Source: the human T2T-CHM13v2.0 reference genome, Homo sapiens. From it: DNA of 64,000 bases. A model generated the notes under the pieces. That model ran no database searches, was not told where the DNA came from, and saw nothing but the letters and a program-made list of their open reading frames with translations. A program made the translations under genes and the position numbers. Below, piece by piece: positions 45,401 through 60,669 of the stretch (positions within the stretch are counted from its first letter, which is position 1; each line of letters starts with the position of its first letter). The stretch is taken from NCBI RefSeq assembly GCF_009914755.1, contig NC_060931.1, one strand, 5' to 3'.

Positions 45401-47070
45401 CAACAATGATTTCTTGATCCTTTGCTTTGTCAAAACCACCTTCTCCTTATCATATGCAATTGTGACATATCCTTCAAGGGCCAGCTCATCTTATACTTAC
45501 AGTGAATAAATTTATCTTGCTTTCATAGGTCAGAAATATCGATCTTATGTTGTAACTTTTCTGGCAATTTCACTGTTTTGCATAAATTGTATTTCATGTG
45601 AATATGTCTTATACTTCCAACAACATCATACACTTCTTAAGAAGCAGAAATTATTTATCATAATTTTTTATATCCATAGCAGTGTGCCTTGAGATTTGTT
45701 AATTGAATATGAGTGTAAGTTTTAAGTAGCAATGACCAACTTCCACAGATAAACCCAAATAATTGCTATGCCCTCTGCTTTAAAAAAATGTTAAAAATAA
45801 CTTTCTTACTATCTTTAATACGTTTATTCAAGAAAGTTTCCACACCTTTAAATAGCACTGGGTTCTTAGCCAGTTAGACCAATTAGCTCATATCCATTTA
45901 TAGATTCAAAATGAGTGCACTCTTCTTGCATGACTCTAGTTGATGTAATTAAATGTCCTTTTATGACCTGAAAACCAAAGTGATGGTAATTTAAACAACT
46001 ACAAATCTTGAAAATTCATACATTGGTATCATTCAATTAATTTCAATGTTTACATTAAACATAATACAAAATAACACATTCCTTTAGTTCCTTTATATTA
46101 AACTCTGTATATTGGTCCTGATTTTCGTACAATATAGACTTGCTGACAGATCATCAAGCTTTTGGCTGGTTTTATATAAATCTTTGAAAGAGTTTGAAAA
46201 AAATTCAACAGCAACATACAATTCCTTTACTAAAAACATCTATTGCTCTTTCAAATTTACTCATATAATTACTGCCATGTTAGCCTCATGTTCTATGACT
46301 TTTGCTAAAAGATGGTATTATAGTTTTATAATTACTGATTTCTTTCTGTCACCTGTAATGGAGTTGTTTTGTGCCGGAAAAACCATTAAACACAGACTGT
46401 TAAAGGATTTAACTAAGCTGGCTTTAAAAATATATATACGTCACCACTTGTCTTTTGCTCTTAATTGGTAAGTCCAAACCTTTACAGTAGTAACTTTAAA
46501 ATGACATTAAAAATTCTTTAAGTTTTTACCACTAGTGACTAGTGTTTGTTTACACATGCCATTTCCATCCCTTCAAGAATTTTTCAGTTAAAGTTTATAA
46601 TTTTTCTGTCTAAATTAAGATCTACAGATTTTTTGAAGCCGTATGCACTTATTTGAACATCTAGTCTAACCAATCACTTCACATAAGCATAGCTCTTTGT
46701 GAGTTGACATATACACATGAAACTGTTCCAAGCTGTGGCATTGTCAGGTCAGGACTGCATCCAATTCTCTGAATTTAAGTGACAATGTAGTTATTGAAAG
46801 CATAGTGTTCATTTAGTCTTCTATAAACGCTAACAAATATGCTTTAAAAGTCCAAGGTACCATAATGCCCAGAAGTGTGACCAGGATCACACTGTAACTA
46901 CCCCAGTATTTATCAAGTGTAAATATTAATACATTGTAGAAAGTTTCTATATCCACAAACATGTTTAAAAAATCTGTGTTTATCTTTTTTCATGGTCAAC
47001 AACCTCTCAAATATAATGTCTTGTTTTAAGGGAAAAAAGCATTATAATATCAAAAATAAATATAACTCTC

Positions 47071-47427
47071 TGTCTTGGTTCATTTTGTGTTGCTATAAGA
47101 GAATACCACAGACTGGATAATTTACAAAGCAAATACATTTATTTCTCTTAGTTCTGAAGGCTGAGAAGTCTACTATTAAAGTGCTAGCATCTGGTGAGGG
47201 CCTCCTTGCTGTATCAACCTATGGTGGAGGGAGAGAGGGTGAGAGAGCACAAGAGAGATCAAGAGAAGAGGCCTCAGAACTCATTTTTATCAGGGACCCA
47301 CTCCTGGTATAACAAAATTGATCTATTCATGAGGATAATTGCCTGTGAATGATCTCACTTCTAAATATTGTCACAGTGGGAACTACATTTCAACATGAGT
47401 TTTGGAGGGGATATTTAAACCACAGCA
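47071..47427 (-). mobile_element. MST-family (MSTB/C-like) LTR
   Basis: tgtcttgg...aaaccacagca, 5-bp TSD CTCTC. Confidence 0.85.
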
Positions 47428-47640
47428 CTCTCTAAACATGACAGTATCCTTGCTAAGTCTCCCGAAGTTTGTCCAAGTGGACTTTGTGCTCCTTTCATGA
47501 TACCTTTCTGCACACATCTCTATGACAGTATAATTGGTTATGACTTTACAGTAATAACAGTAAATCATGGATTTGATAAGTATGTACCAGACAGTTTTGT
47601 TCAGTTCCAAACCAACAAACACACTTCTAAATGGACTTGA

Positions 47641-48271
<631 letters not shown>

Positions 48272-48692
48272 ACTGTGTCACTAAGCAAGAACAGTGGGCA
48301 AGAAAGCAAAGGCAAGTTATTTTGAAATCATCACACCCATGTGTGAAAATTTCCACTACACCATGGCTGAAGATGATGCAAAGTTTATGGCATGTAAAAG
48401 AAAATAAGTTTTCCCATATAATTGGAATTTATCACCCATCCATACTTGCTTCATCAACTTTTTACCAGTAGATCCTTTTACTCTTTAGCATAGGGGTGCT
48501 CCAGGTGCATCACCTAGCATAGGCGTTTCCAAACTGTTTTGTGGAATGCTCTGTGATTCACAAATTCTTGACGTATATTTCACTTTGAATATATTTAAAT
48601 TTGCACACAAATGCATTACAGTTATAAAATAAAACTAAAAACAGCTCCAATTGGAACAACAGTGGAAGCCAATCATACATATAATGGGTGCT

Positions 48693-48903
48693 GCTGGGCT
48701 CAAGTCATCCTGCCACCTCAGCCTCCCAAGCAGTTAGGATTACAGGCAGGTGCCATCACACATGGCTATTTTTTTTTTTTTTTGTAGAGACAGGGTCCTG
48801 GTATGTTGCCCGGGCTAGTCTTGATCTCCTGCCCTCAAGCTACCCTTCTGCCTCAGCCTCCTAGGGTTGCTGGGATTACAGGTATGAGCGACCATGCCCA
48901 GCT
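48693..48903 (-). mobile_element. Partial AluJ
   Basis: ctgggctcaag...ccatgcccagc. Confidence 0.8.
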
Positions 48904-50026
48904 ACTTTGCATGGTTTTTTAAAAATAGTTCAGACACTGTGCACTTTTACTCATGTAAAATCACATAAGGAGGCACCATCCACGCCAGGCAAGTTGTGGG
49001 TACATTTGCCCGAGGCTTATTCTCATGACAGCACTCCAGACAATTTTGACTGCATTTAATAAGTGAATATCTTCATGATTTGATACTTTGGTTATTTTCA
49101 GTGTTAACTGTCATTTGGAGGGAATCTCGTATGACATGTATACTCATATTTTCTTCTGATTGGACAAATCCCAAATCCTTCTGCTTTCTGGGATCAGCAT
49201 TAATTTTAATACTTATAGAATAGCAGAATGAGTCCCATCTCTCGTATTATGACTAGCATCCCAGTATTTCAGGGGAGAATGGATAGGAATTAGGTTACTT
49301 TTATTTTATACCTTAACTTTGGGCTTCACTTCACCTGCTCCACCATTTTTTGGATCTCATCTTGCTCTACCCACTTTGCCTCAGGCTGAATACTACTTCA
49401 GTTCTTTATTTCTCCAAAGCACTGCTTAAAAAAATTTTCTTGTAAATAATTTTACTAAAGTCTTGCTGATATAGATTGGCAATCAGAAGCCTGCTTGGAA
49501 CACAAACACAAAAAAGCAAAAACTTCAAATGCAATGCTAGACTTCATTATTTTTGGATACTTAATCAGTTCTTTCTATGTAATTTCTTATTGGTCTTGGA
49601 GCTCTGTGTACCCACAGCCTTCTGCTGTGCGCCTGGGGCTTTTGTCTCTTTTCTCCTCATAGCTGTACTCCCCTGACTCTATTTCAAATTCCCTCAGCTG
49701 GACACCCTCAGTCCCTTGAGTTATAATTAAACAATTTCTCTTACTTTCTTGGCAGAGGAGTAGTTCCCTCTTTACTTTGTTCATTCCTTCCCAAACATAC
49801 TCTTGGTGGATCTTGGCTTTAATGCCCAAAGGGGTTCTTTACTTCAAATAGGGAATAGAAATTGCCCCAATTTAAACTATGCCATATTTTTTATAAGGCG
49901 GAAAGAACTTGCCTATTGTTTGCTATAAAGAGAGTTCTTCTTTTTCTTTTTTCTATTCATTCTTTTTGGTGATGTTGAAAAAATTACCTATAAAAACAAG
50001 CTCTATATTAAGAATAGAAAAACGCA

Positions 50027-50313
50027 GGCTGGGTGCTGTGGCTCACGCCTGTAATCCCAGCACTTCGGGAAGCCAAGGCAGGTGTATCACCTGAGGCCAG
50101 GAGTTCAAGACCAGTCTGGCCAACGTGGCAAAACCCCGTCTCTACTAAAAATAGAAAAAATTAGCCGGGCGTGGTGGCACGCTCCTGTAGTCCCAGCTAC
50201 TCAGGAGGCTGAGGCAGAACTACACAGAAGGTGGAGGGTGCAGTGAGCCGAGATGGCACCACTGTACTGCAGCCTGGGAGACAGAGTGAGAGTCCATCTC
50301 AAAAAAAAAAAAA
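50027..50313 (+). mobile_element. AluSx-like with right-arm deletion
   Basis: TSD aaaaa.gca. Confidence 0.9.
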
Positions 50314-50705
50314 TGCAGAAAATATAACAATGTATATAGTTAAATATTAACCTCAAGATAAGTCATATTATACTATATTATCTCAACCTTCAAGTAGTTA
50401 TTGAACATATTGAAAGCAGTATATGAAATTTATGATTTGTGATTAACAGAAAAAAAGCATTTGCGTAAGGTAATTCAGAAAGAGGAAATCAAAATGGTTA
50501 TAATTTGGTATGGGCATTTTCCTTTTATGTTAGAAAAATTATATATAATTATATACATAAAATATATACAAATTATAAAAATATTTTAATATGTATATGT
50601 GATATAAATTTATATTTGTTAATTATATTGATGTTATACAAGTTTATATTTACATTATACAAGTTATATAGTAAATTATATAATTGTTATGATTATATAT
50701 GTATA

Positions 50706-52024
50706 TGAGAGGTGACAGCGTGCTGGCAGCCCTTGCTCGCTCTCGGCACCTCCTCAGCCTTGGCGCCCACTCTGGCCCGTTTGAGGAGCCCTTCAGCCCA
50801 CCCCTGCACTGTGGGAGCCCCTTTCTGGGCTGGCCAAGGCCAGAGCTGGCTCCCTCAGCTTGCGGGGAGGTGTGGAGGGAGAGGTGCGGGTGGGAACCAG
50901 GGCTGCGCGCAGTGCTTGCGGGCCAGCGCGAGTTCTGGGTAGGCGTGGGCTCCGCTGGCCCTGCACTGGGAGTGACCGGCCGGCCCGCAAGCCCCGGGCA
51001 GTGAGGGGCTTAGCACCTGGGCCAGCAGCTGCTGTGCTCGATTTCTCGCAGGGCCTTAGCTGCCTCCCCGCAGGGCAGGGCTTGGGACCTGCAGCCTGCC
51101 ATGCCTGAGCCTCCCCCCACCTACCGTGGGCTCCTGCACAGCCCGAGCCTCCCCGATGAGCACCGCCCCCTGCTCCAAGGCGCCCAGTCCCAATGACCAC
51201 CCAAGGGCTGAGGAGTGTAGGTGCATGGCACGGACCAGGCAGGCAGCTCCACCTGCAGCCCCAGTGTGGGATCCACTGGGTGAAGCCAGCTGGGCTCCTG
51301 AGTCTAGTGGGGACTTGGAGAACCTTTATGTCTAGCTAAGGGATTGTAAATACACCAATCACCACTCTGTATCTAGCTCAAGGTTTGTAAACACACCAAT
51401 CAGCACTCTGTGTCTAGCTCAGGGTTGGTGAATGCACCAGTTGGCACTTTGTATCTAGTTAATTTGGTGGGGACTTGGAGAATCTTTATGTCCAGCTAAG
51501 GGATCGTGAATGCACCAATCGGCACTCTGTATCTAGCTCAAGGTTTGTAAATGCACCAATCAGCACTCTGTGTCTAGCTCAGGGTTTGTAAATGCACCAA
51601 TCAGCACCCTGTCAAAACGGACCAATCAGCTCTCTGTAAAACAGACCAATCAGCAGGATGTGGGTGGGGCCAGATAAGAGAATAAAAGCAGGTTGCCTGA
51701 GCCAGCAATGGCAACCAGCTCAGGTCCCCTTCCAGAAGGTGGAAGCTGTGTTTTTTCACTCTTTGCAATAAATCTTTCTGCTGCTCACTCTTTGGGTCCA
51801 CACTACCTTTAAGAGCTGTAACTCTCACCACGAAGGTCTGCAGCTTCACTCCTGAGGAAGCGAAACCACGAACCCATCAGAAGGAAGAAACTCTGAACAC
51901 ATCTGAACATCAGAACGAACAAACTCCGGACACGCCACCTTTAAGAACTGTAACACTCACTGCGAGGGTCCGCAGCTTCATTCTTGAAGTCAGTGAGACC
52001 AAGAACCCACGAATTCCGGACTCA
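50706..52024 (+). mobile_element. LTR12C (ERV9) solo LTR
   Basis: tgagaggtgacagcgtgctggcag...gaattccggactca, TSD TATA, GC-rich U3, CCAAT tandem array 51320-51655, AATAAAA box 51681, polyA signal 51767. Confidence 0.93.
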
Positions 52025-52289
52025 TATATACATACAAAATATACAGAGAAAGCCATATAGCTATAGAAATATATACATTTTTTATATTTCATTGTAAAAA
52101 ATATGAATAAAACCTTTGTATGTTTTATTGAGCAAAATTAAGTAGTTTAAAAACATTGGAATTATTCTTCATGTCTCTATTTCACATTGCTAAGCCTACT
52201 CCTCAGTAAATTATTCATCTCTAGCTAAAAAATATTTCTGGAATCTGCTCCTTAACATGATCTCTACTGCTACCACCTGCAGTGGCTCT

Positions 52290-52795
52290 TGACACTACCT
52301 GCAGTTAGGCCAAACTTTACAGGCTCAGGGCCGAGTTCTCCACAAGACTTTCGTTATTTCAGACACCAGCCACACGCTCAGAGGTTCTTAGGTTCACCCT
52401 CACTTCTGACCAACTAGCAACACATTTGAAGATTTCTACACTACCTTTTCAGGCTTCATAATTTACTGGAACATATTCAGGAAAGGACTATACTTCAAAT
52501 TGCAGTGTTATGATGGCAAAAATAATATAAATTGGACCAGCCAAAAGAAAAGACAGACAGGGTAAGATCTGGGAGGATCCCAGATTAAAGCTTCCTATGT
52601 CTTCTTCCTGTGAGTCAGTACACGTCACCTTCCTAGCACATCAATGGGTAAAAATATGTACAGAATATTGTCAACCAGGGAAACTCGCCTGAGTTTTGGT
52701 GTCCAGAGTTTTTACTGGGGTTTCGCAATAGGCATGGATAATTGAATTGTTGACCACATGATTGAATTCAACCTTCAGCCCTCCCTTCCTCTAAA
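52290..52795 (-). mobile_element. MER21-like LTR fragment
   Basis: ttcagacaccagccac...cacttctgaccaact...gtccagagtttttactggggtttc. Confidence 0.7.
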
Positions 52796-53114
52796 CGTTT
52801 AATGGTAGTTTAATGGTAGGCCCCTAGATAGTTTAAATCAGCAAGAATGAGTCATCCCTGAAATTGGAGTTAGACATCTATTGTTTTCCTTAATTGACAG
52901 TATTAAATGTGTCAGATTAAGAAGAAACAGTCTGAAATATTTTTTCACCAATTAATGAACATATAAATGGCCATGGACCCAATTATTGACTAAAATAACA
53001 CATTATTAAAACAGTAATTTATCTTTGAGATAAAATATTTCTCATTTCAACTGCTGGATTGAATTATCACAATAGTGTCATGAGATGATAAGGTGAAACA
53101 TTTAAAACGTTTGT

Positions 53115-53300
53115 TTTTGTAAAAGAGTAGACAGTAAGTACTTTCAGCTTTATGAGCCATAAATTCTCTGTTACAACTATTCAACTATGTCACTGCACTG
53201 GAAAAGTAGCCATTAGCAACATGTAAATAAACAGGTGTGATTATCATTCAATACAACTTTGTTTACCAAAATAACCAGCAGGTAGGATCTGGCTTATGGG
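53115..53300. mobile_element. MER58A-like MITE
   Basis: tctctgttacaactattcaactatg...caatacaactttgtttac. Confidence 0.7.
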
Positions 53301-53412
53301 TGATAGGCCAATAAAAAAGGATATGGTGGTAACTGTTATTTATGTCAAGCAGAATTTTCCCAATGCAATGCTGAAAAAACTACTAAAACAAATTGGATGC
53401 TAAAGGTTATAT

Positions 53413-54218
<806 letters not shown>

Positions 54219-54319
54219 ATGAGACTTCCATCTACTCATCAAAGAGTCTCACTGTCCTCATGGATACAATTTTATAGTAAATACAAGTTACACATTAGAA
54301 CACATAAAATAAATTTGTT

Positions 54320-55815
54320 TTTGGACTTCTGTTTCTAGTAAAATGGAATAGATTTTTAAAATATATTTCTTCCACTAATTACAGCTAAAAATTCTAGACG
54401 TTATATATAAAATAAATAATAAGACTCTGAAAGGTAGAGAAAAAAAGGCAGACAACTTAGAGGTGCTGAAACCAGAGAAAAAACATGATAGTAAATTCCC
54501 TGAGTTTTCTTTTGGCCTCATGTATCCCAGACAAAATGCTGGAAAAGTGACAAACTGGAAATATAAATAGGGGCAGACAAAAATACCCAATGAAAGCCTG
54601 ACCTCTGTAGCCAATTGATCAGGAAATGGGAGGTTTAGCAAGAAGGAAATATTTTACACAATAAATAACTGCTCTACTCTGGCTAAACACCAGAGAAATA
54701 ACTGTGGCCCCAATCCTGCCCTCCTTGACAGCAAAGGCTAAGTGGGAAGCCTAGAATTATGCCGTTCCTTACCCACCTTCCTGGACAGTGTCAGAGAAGG
54801 CCAAGTAGGGAGCTAGGATGTTCTTCCCCACTGGGCAATAAGAAGTGCCCATTCTCACAGTGTCAGTGGAAATCAAGTGGGGTACACGGTCTTCCACCTC
54901 ATGCAGTGACTAGGTGGCCTTTCCCCTCTTCACCAGGGTGGGGTCAGAGGAGGACTAATGAAGAATCAGGACATATTCCCTGACACCAGAGATAATGAGG
55001 CCACTTCTGCCCTGCTGTCAGTGGTGGGCAGAACTCCTACCCTGACCAGCAGTAAGAAAGCACTCCTACCCCTCCCAGTCACTGTGGTATCAGCAGAGGG
55101 ATCATGCAACATGGTATCAGTAGAAGGGAGCCAGTATTCCACCTATACCCGGCAGAGCAAAAAAATGTGTCTTCTTTAATCTCAATGAAGGCTGAGAGAG
55201 AACTTGGACTTCCACCCCTACCCGGCAGTAACAAGGTAGCACCCCTCTCTTCCTCTGCTGCAGCAGTATCAGAGAAAGCCAGCTATGAGAGATTTACATA
55301 AAATCCAGAGTCTCATAATGTGACTCACAAAATATCCAGGTTTTAATTAAAAATATTATGTTATCATTCCAAGAAAAAGGAAAACCACAATTTGAATAAA
55401 AAGGAAAAATCAATACATACAAACATTGAGATGACAAACATGTTAGGAATATCTGACCAATATTTTAAAGCAGAAATTTAAAACATGTTTTAACAAGCAT
55501 TACAAATATGCTTGAACCAAATGAAAATAGGAAGTCTCAGAAAAGAAATAGAATATGACGGCAACAAAATACAATGAAAAAAAAAGAACCAAAGGGAAAT
55601 TCCAGAACTCAAGCATGCAATAACTGCAATAAAAACTCAGTGAGCAGAATCAACAGCAGAATGGAAACAACAGAGAGAAAATAGATTTTTTAAAAATTGA
55701 CAAGACTGCAGAGACCTGTGGGACAATAATAAAAGAGCTAACATTCCTATCATCACTCTCCAGGAAGGAGTATACAAAGAGGGCAGGACTGTGAAAGTAC
55801 TCAACAATATGATGA
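54320..55815 (+). mobile_element. Old L1M 5'UTR/ORF1 relic
   Basis: ggacttctgtttctag...; agagacctgtgggacaataat. Confidence 0.65.
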
Positions 55816-56204
55816 CTGAAACTAGTATAGGTACCTAGAATAATATGAAACTCTGAAGATTCAACAGTATAAACAAAACGAAACAATTGGAAAATGAACG
55901 AAAGGCATGAAGGCTAAATTAAGGTAAACTTCAGGAAGTTTAATGCCCTGACTATTGGAAACAGAATGACCATAAACCAGAAAGAACTCTTTAACTTATT
56001 CAGGTTAATTGGAATTTTTCGAGCTTACGGAAAATTTACTGAGTGAACTGTACCTCCATGGAGCAACTAATAAGGAGAATGTGCTTGTGATGCAAATGGC
56101 TATTTTTCTGCATAACAATTACTTCTGTTAACAATACATTTAAATGGTGTGTTTTTCCTGGGAATGATTTCCTTTCAGAGGAGGATCGTATTTATTGAAT
56201 ATAA

Positions 56205-56551
<347 letters not shown>

Positions 56552-56939
56552 CAACCATCACATCTTGATATGACTTAATGGGGAAAAATTTACCAAGACA
56601 TATTTATTTTATACATGAATTTCCAAGATTGCATGGCACAATTCTGGTTTTATACCATCCATCAATCAATGTAAATGCACACCATTGCTAACGCCTACAT
56701 GGCTGGGTAATACTTATGGGGAGTAGCTACTAGTAATGTTTTATTTAACCCTGACTTCTTCGGTTAGATTCAGCCATATATTTATTTCTACTGGCAACTC
56801 TGTATAGCAGCCTTAAGAGTCTATGGGAAATAAGTATTTGAATTTCACAATATGTATATATGAAGCTAAAAAATTCCTCAAAGCTTCTCTGACAATGTTC
56901 TCAAGGTTAGGTTACCACGTGGTTATTTATAATTCAGCA

Positions 56940-57222
<283 letters not shown>

Positions 57223-57958
57223 TAGAATTCAACTTTAAACGAAGAATTAGTTAATAAATATGCTGATAGTCATTATTTATAATAAATGGTGGAAGTTGGA
57301 AATATCTATCATATGTATGACCAAAGTGTATGTTTTTTAAAGACAATCACTATCCTTTACTCATCTCTATATTTCCCTCAGGGCTACTTATAGAATTCTA
57401 TATTTACTAGACCTTCAATATATTTGTCAAATGAATGCGTGAGTGTGAATGATGTTTATTTTCCTGAAAATATTTGTCCCAGACTCAGCTACCATTTTTC
57501 AGACTATATTCTGCTTTAACATTTACTATTGAATTTAAAAATAACTCACTGATTACTATATTTTGAGTCTTGATTTAAAAACACACACACACAATTGGGA
57601 AAGCAAAAAGCAACCCTTGACGTCCTGAAACCAGCGTGCCACTCACAAGAACTCTTGTCAGAAGCTGACCTGGTGCTCACAGCTAGGCTGTGCTGCTGTT
57701 CTGTTGAATGTAAACATTCTCAGATTATCAACATCAAAGAAGTTTACTCTGAGACCATGATAAAGTGTGGCAAAACAAGGCCTCTTCACAATTTTATCTA
57801 AATAGACAAAAAGGTCACTGTGTCACCTACAAACTACCAAACACTTCCATTTCCCAGTAAATATAAGCAAATACAAATGACTGTTTTTTAAAAAATCAAT
57901 TACAGCTTTATTCTCATTCTAGTTGCTTTCTCTATTTCTCTAAAATTTATTGAGATAC

Positions 57959-59822
57959 TGTTATGGGGATCTTTGGGGTGTCGCTTTTCTGGCTGGAAAC
58001 CTGTGGCTGGTGGCGCCTTTGACTGAGTTTTGCTCGGGCCAGCTAGGCTCGTTCCACCCACTCGGCCTGGCAGGCTGCGCTTAGCTCGTGGTACTGGCCT
58101 GGATCCCACGCCTCCAAGGGATGAGTCAGACGTGGAGCAGTGAGAGGGGTGTGTGAGCGAGTGTGGGGTCCGGGCATTGCACAGACATGCTGGCTGCTGC
58201 CATGGGGTGGGCAGCTCCAGGTGCCGGCACGGGCGCCAGCTCTCTGTGAGGCTGTGGCTGAACCAGGTGCACTGCAAGCAGCTTCCCTGGCTGGCACCAG
58301 GAATGGGGTGGCGCCTGTAAATTTGGAGAGGCCAAGAACTGCAGGGCCCCAAAAGGAGTCACAGCCCTGTCTCGGGAACTCCCAGGTCTGGGCTCACAGG
58401 AGGGCCATAGCTCTTCTTTCCTTCTCTTCATCCACAACGTTGTGAGCAAGGGACATGATTCAGCCCTGTTTGTGTTACAGCAGCTCTTTTAGCCTCACCA
58501 TTCAATGGGTCCTGAGTTATTGTCCTGCGACCAGGAAGAAAGTGGAGGGTGAGCAAGACAAACAGGAGATTTATTGAGCCATAGAACAGCTCAGAGAAGA
58601 CCTGCTGGAGGCAGCTTCTCTCCACAGCCAGGGTGTACCAACGAATATTAAGCTCCTGCCAGAAAGGGTAGCTCCTCTCTGTAGGCAGGTCGTTCCCACA
58701 AGTGTTCAGCTACCAGCAGACAAGGTAGCTCCTCTCTGTTGCTGGTCATCTTGTTGTCTGCAGCTCTCAGCGAGAGGAGGCACTAGAGTGGGTGGCTCCA
58801 CTTGGCAGGCAGGTCGTCTGCAGCTTTCAGTAGGGAGGGTAGCTCCTGTGTGCACCTGGTCGTTCCAGCATCTCTGTGTCCTCTTCTTTGCTCTGGCTGA
58901 GATTGGAACTTTTATGGGCCTCAGAGGGGGAAGAAGCGCGTGCTGATTGGTTCATGGGGTGCCATGGGTGGGCCTGGAAAATGTACCACAAGCTCCCATT
59001 CCTGTCTGCGGGTCTGACAGCATGGCCCCAGTCTTCAGGCCCTCCCTTGCCCGGGACCCGCCCTCTTCCACCCAGGAGACTGCCTCCTGCGGCTATTCAT
59101 GGTACCCAGGCTGCTGGCACTAAGGGGCACCTGCAGGCCAGTTCCGGAACCACCCTCAGCTTCCTCTAGGCTTCCCCTTTCACGCTTGCGAGTGCCCAAA
59201 GTCTGGAGGGGGAGAAGGTGACAGGGGGCTGGGGTGTCAGCCTGGGGTGTCAGCATTGCCCTAAGCATGGGCACACCTGGCTGGACTGTGACAGTGTCCA
59301 GGCTCCGCCCCACTCTGACATGGGAGCAGGTGTCCTAAGCAGGAAGAGGTCAGGCGGAGGGAACGGATACCCTCGAGCCTGCGGGGACAGGGGTCCTTCC
59401 TGGGCCCCCAAAGGTGCAGACTACAGAGATGCCCGAGTCCTGTGCCTAAGAGGGCGGCTGCAGCTGCACCTGGGTCCTGCCCTACCAGCTCGGAAGGGGC
59501 GGGGCTCCTGCTTGTTCCCTGCTCCAGGTGGTTCCGTGGAGTGTGCAGTCCCAGCCTCACCTCTGAGATCGGTGTGGGCGCCAACGGCGAGAAGAAGCCA
59601 GGCAGCGGGAGCAGGCACTTCTGAGCCTGCAGGGGGCAAGGGGGCCTTCCTGGGCCCCCAAGAGCACAGAGACGCCAGGGTCCAGAGCCGTGGCAGAGTG
59701 GCTCCAGCGGCACCCAGGGAGGGAGGGGCTCCTGCCTGCTCCATGGAGTGCCCTGGCCGCGCCTCCCTGTTGCAGCCGGTGTCTTGGCAGTGGCCGCTCT
59801 AGATGGGCCACTGCTGCCATTA
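57959..59822 (-). mobile_element. MER52(A)-like ERV1 solo LTR
   Basis: tgttatggggatctttggggtgtcgc...ccactgctgccatta, 4-bp TSD ATAC, GC-rich; explains the ORF cluster here. Confidence 0.9.
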
Positions 59823-60174
59823 ATACACGCTTGAAAGCCCATGTTTCCTGTATTGTCTGGGAACTAAAGAAGTTCAACAACATACGTCCGTTCCTCTTTA
59901 GACAAATTTTAAACCCACAGAAAAGTTGAAAGAACAGAACAAAAACAACCACAAACCCTCTTTCTAGATTCAACTGTTATTAGGATTTTGCTACACTGGG
60001 TTATCTGTATGTGTATATGTGTGTGTTTAACATATATAACACATATACATGCACACACATACAAATTTAAGTTGCAGCTTTACCCCTAAATCATTAAACA
60101 TGCATGTTCTATAAATAAAAACAATTTTCTAAATAACCACAATACCTTTGTAGTTTGTCTTCTCCCTCAAAGAT

Positions 60175-60665
60175 TTTACAATCTAATACCCAGAACTTCT
60201 TAATAGTTACCCTATATGGTAAAAGGAAGTTTGCAGTTGTAACTAAATTAAGTACCTTGAGATGGGGGGAAAAAAAGCAGTTGTTGCCCAACCCTTGACA
60301 TCCTGAAACCAGGTGGACCCAATCTAATTACATGGTTTCTTTAAATTAAAAGACTTGTCTCTGATGTGGCCAGAGGGAGATGTGACTATGGAAGAATGAT
60401 TGGAGAGATGCAACACTGCTAACTAAGAAGACGGATAAAGGGAGCCCCAAAGCCGAAATGTTGGTGGCATTTGAAAGCTCAAAGAGGCAAGGAGATTAAT
60501 TCTCCCTGTGAGCCCTTAGAAACTAAGACAGCCCTGTCAATACTTTCATATTAGCTCAGCGTGACCCATGTCAAATTTCCAACCTAAAGAACTATAAAAT
60601 AAATTTGTGTTGTTTTAAACCAAGTTTGGGACGATCTGTAATAGCACCAATAGAAAACAAATACA
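60175..60665 (+). mobile_element. MLT1D/E-like LTR
   Basis: ccttgagatggg...agcaccaatagaaaacaaataca. Confidence 0.8.
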
Positions 60666-60669
60666 ACTA

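Noticed and set aside
50699-51335. CpG-island-like region with ORFs
   Set aside because: It is the LTR12C U3 region, not a host gene promoter or CDS.
51320-51655. About 41-bp tandem array resembling a CRISPR
   Set aside because: Known LTR12 enhancer repeats with no unique spacers, in eukaryotic DNA.
57900-59973. Cluster of long GC-rich ORFs (up to 194 aa)
   Set aside because: They lie almost entirely within the MER52 LTR on both strands; long frames reflect GC content.
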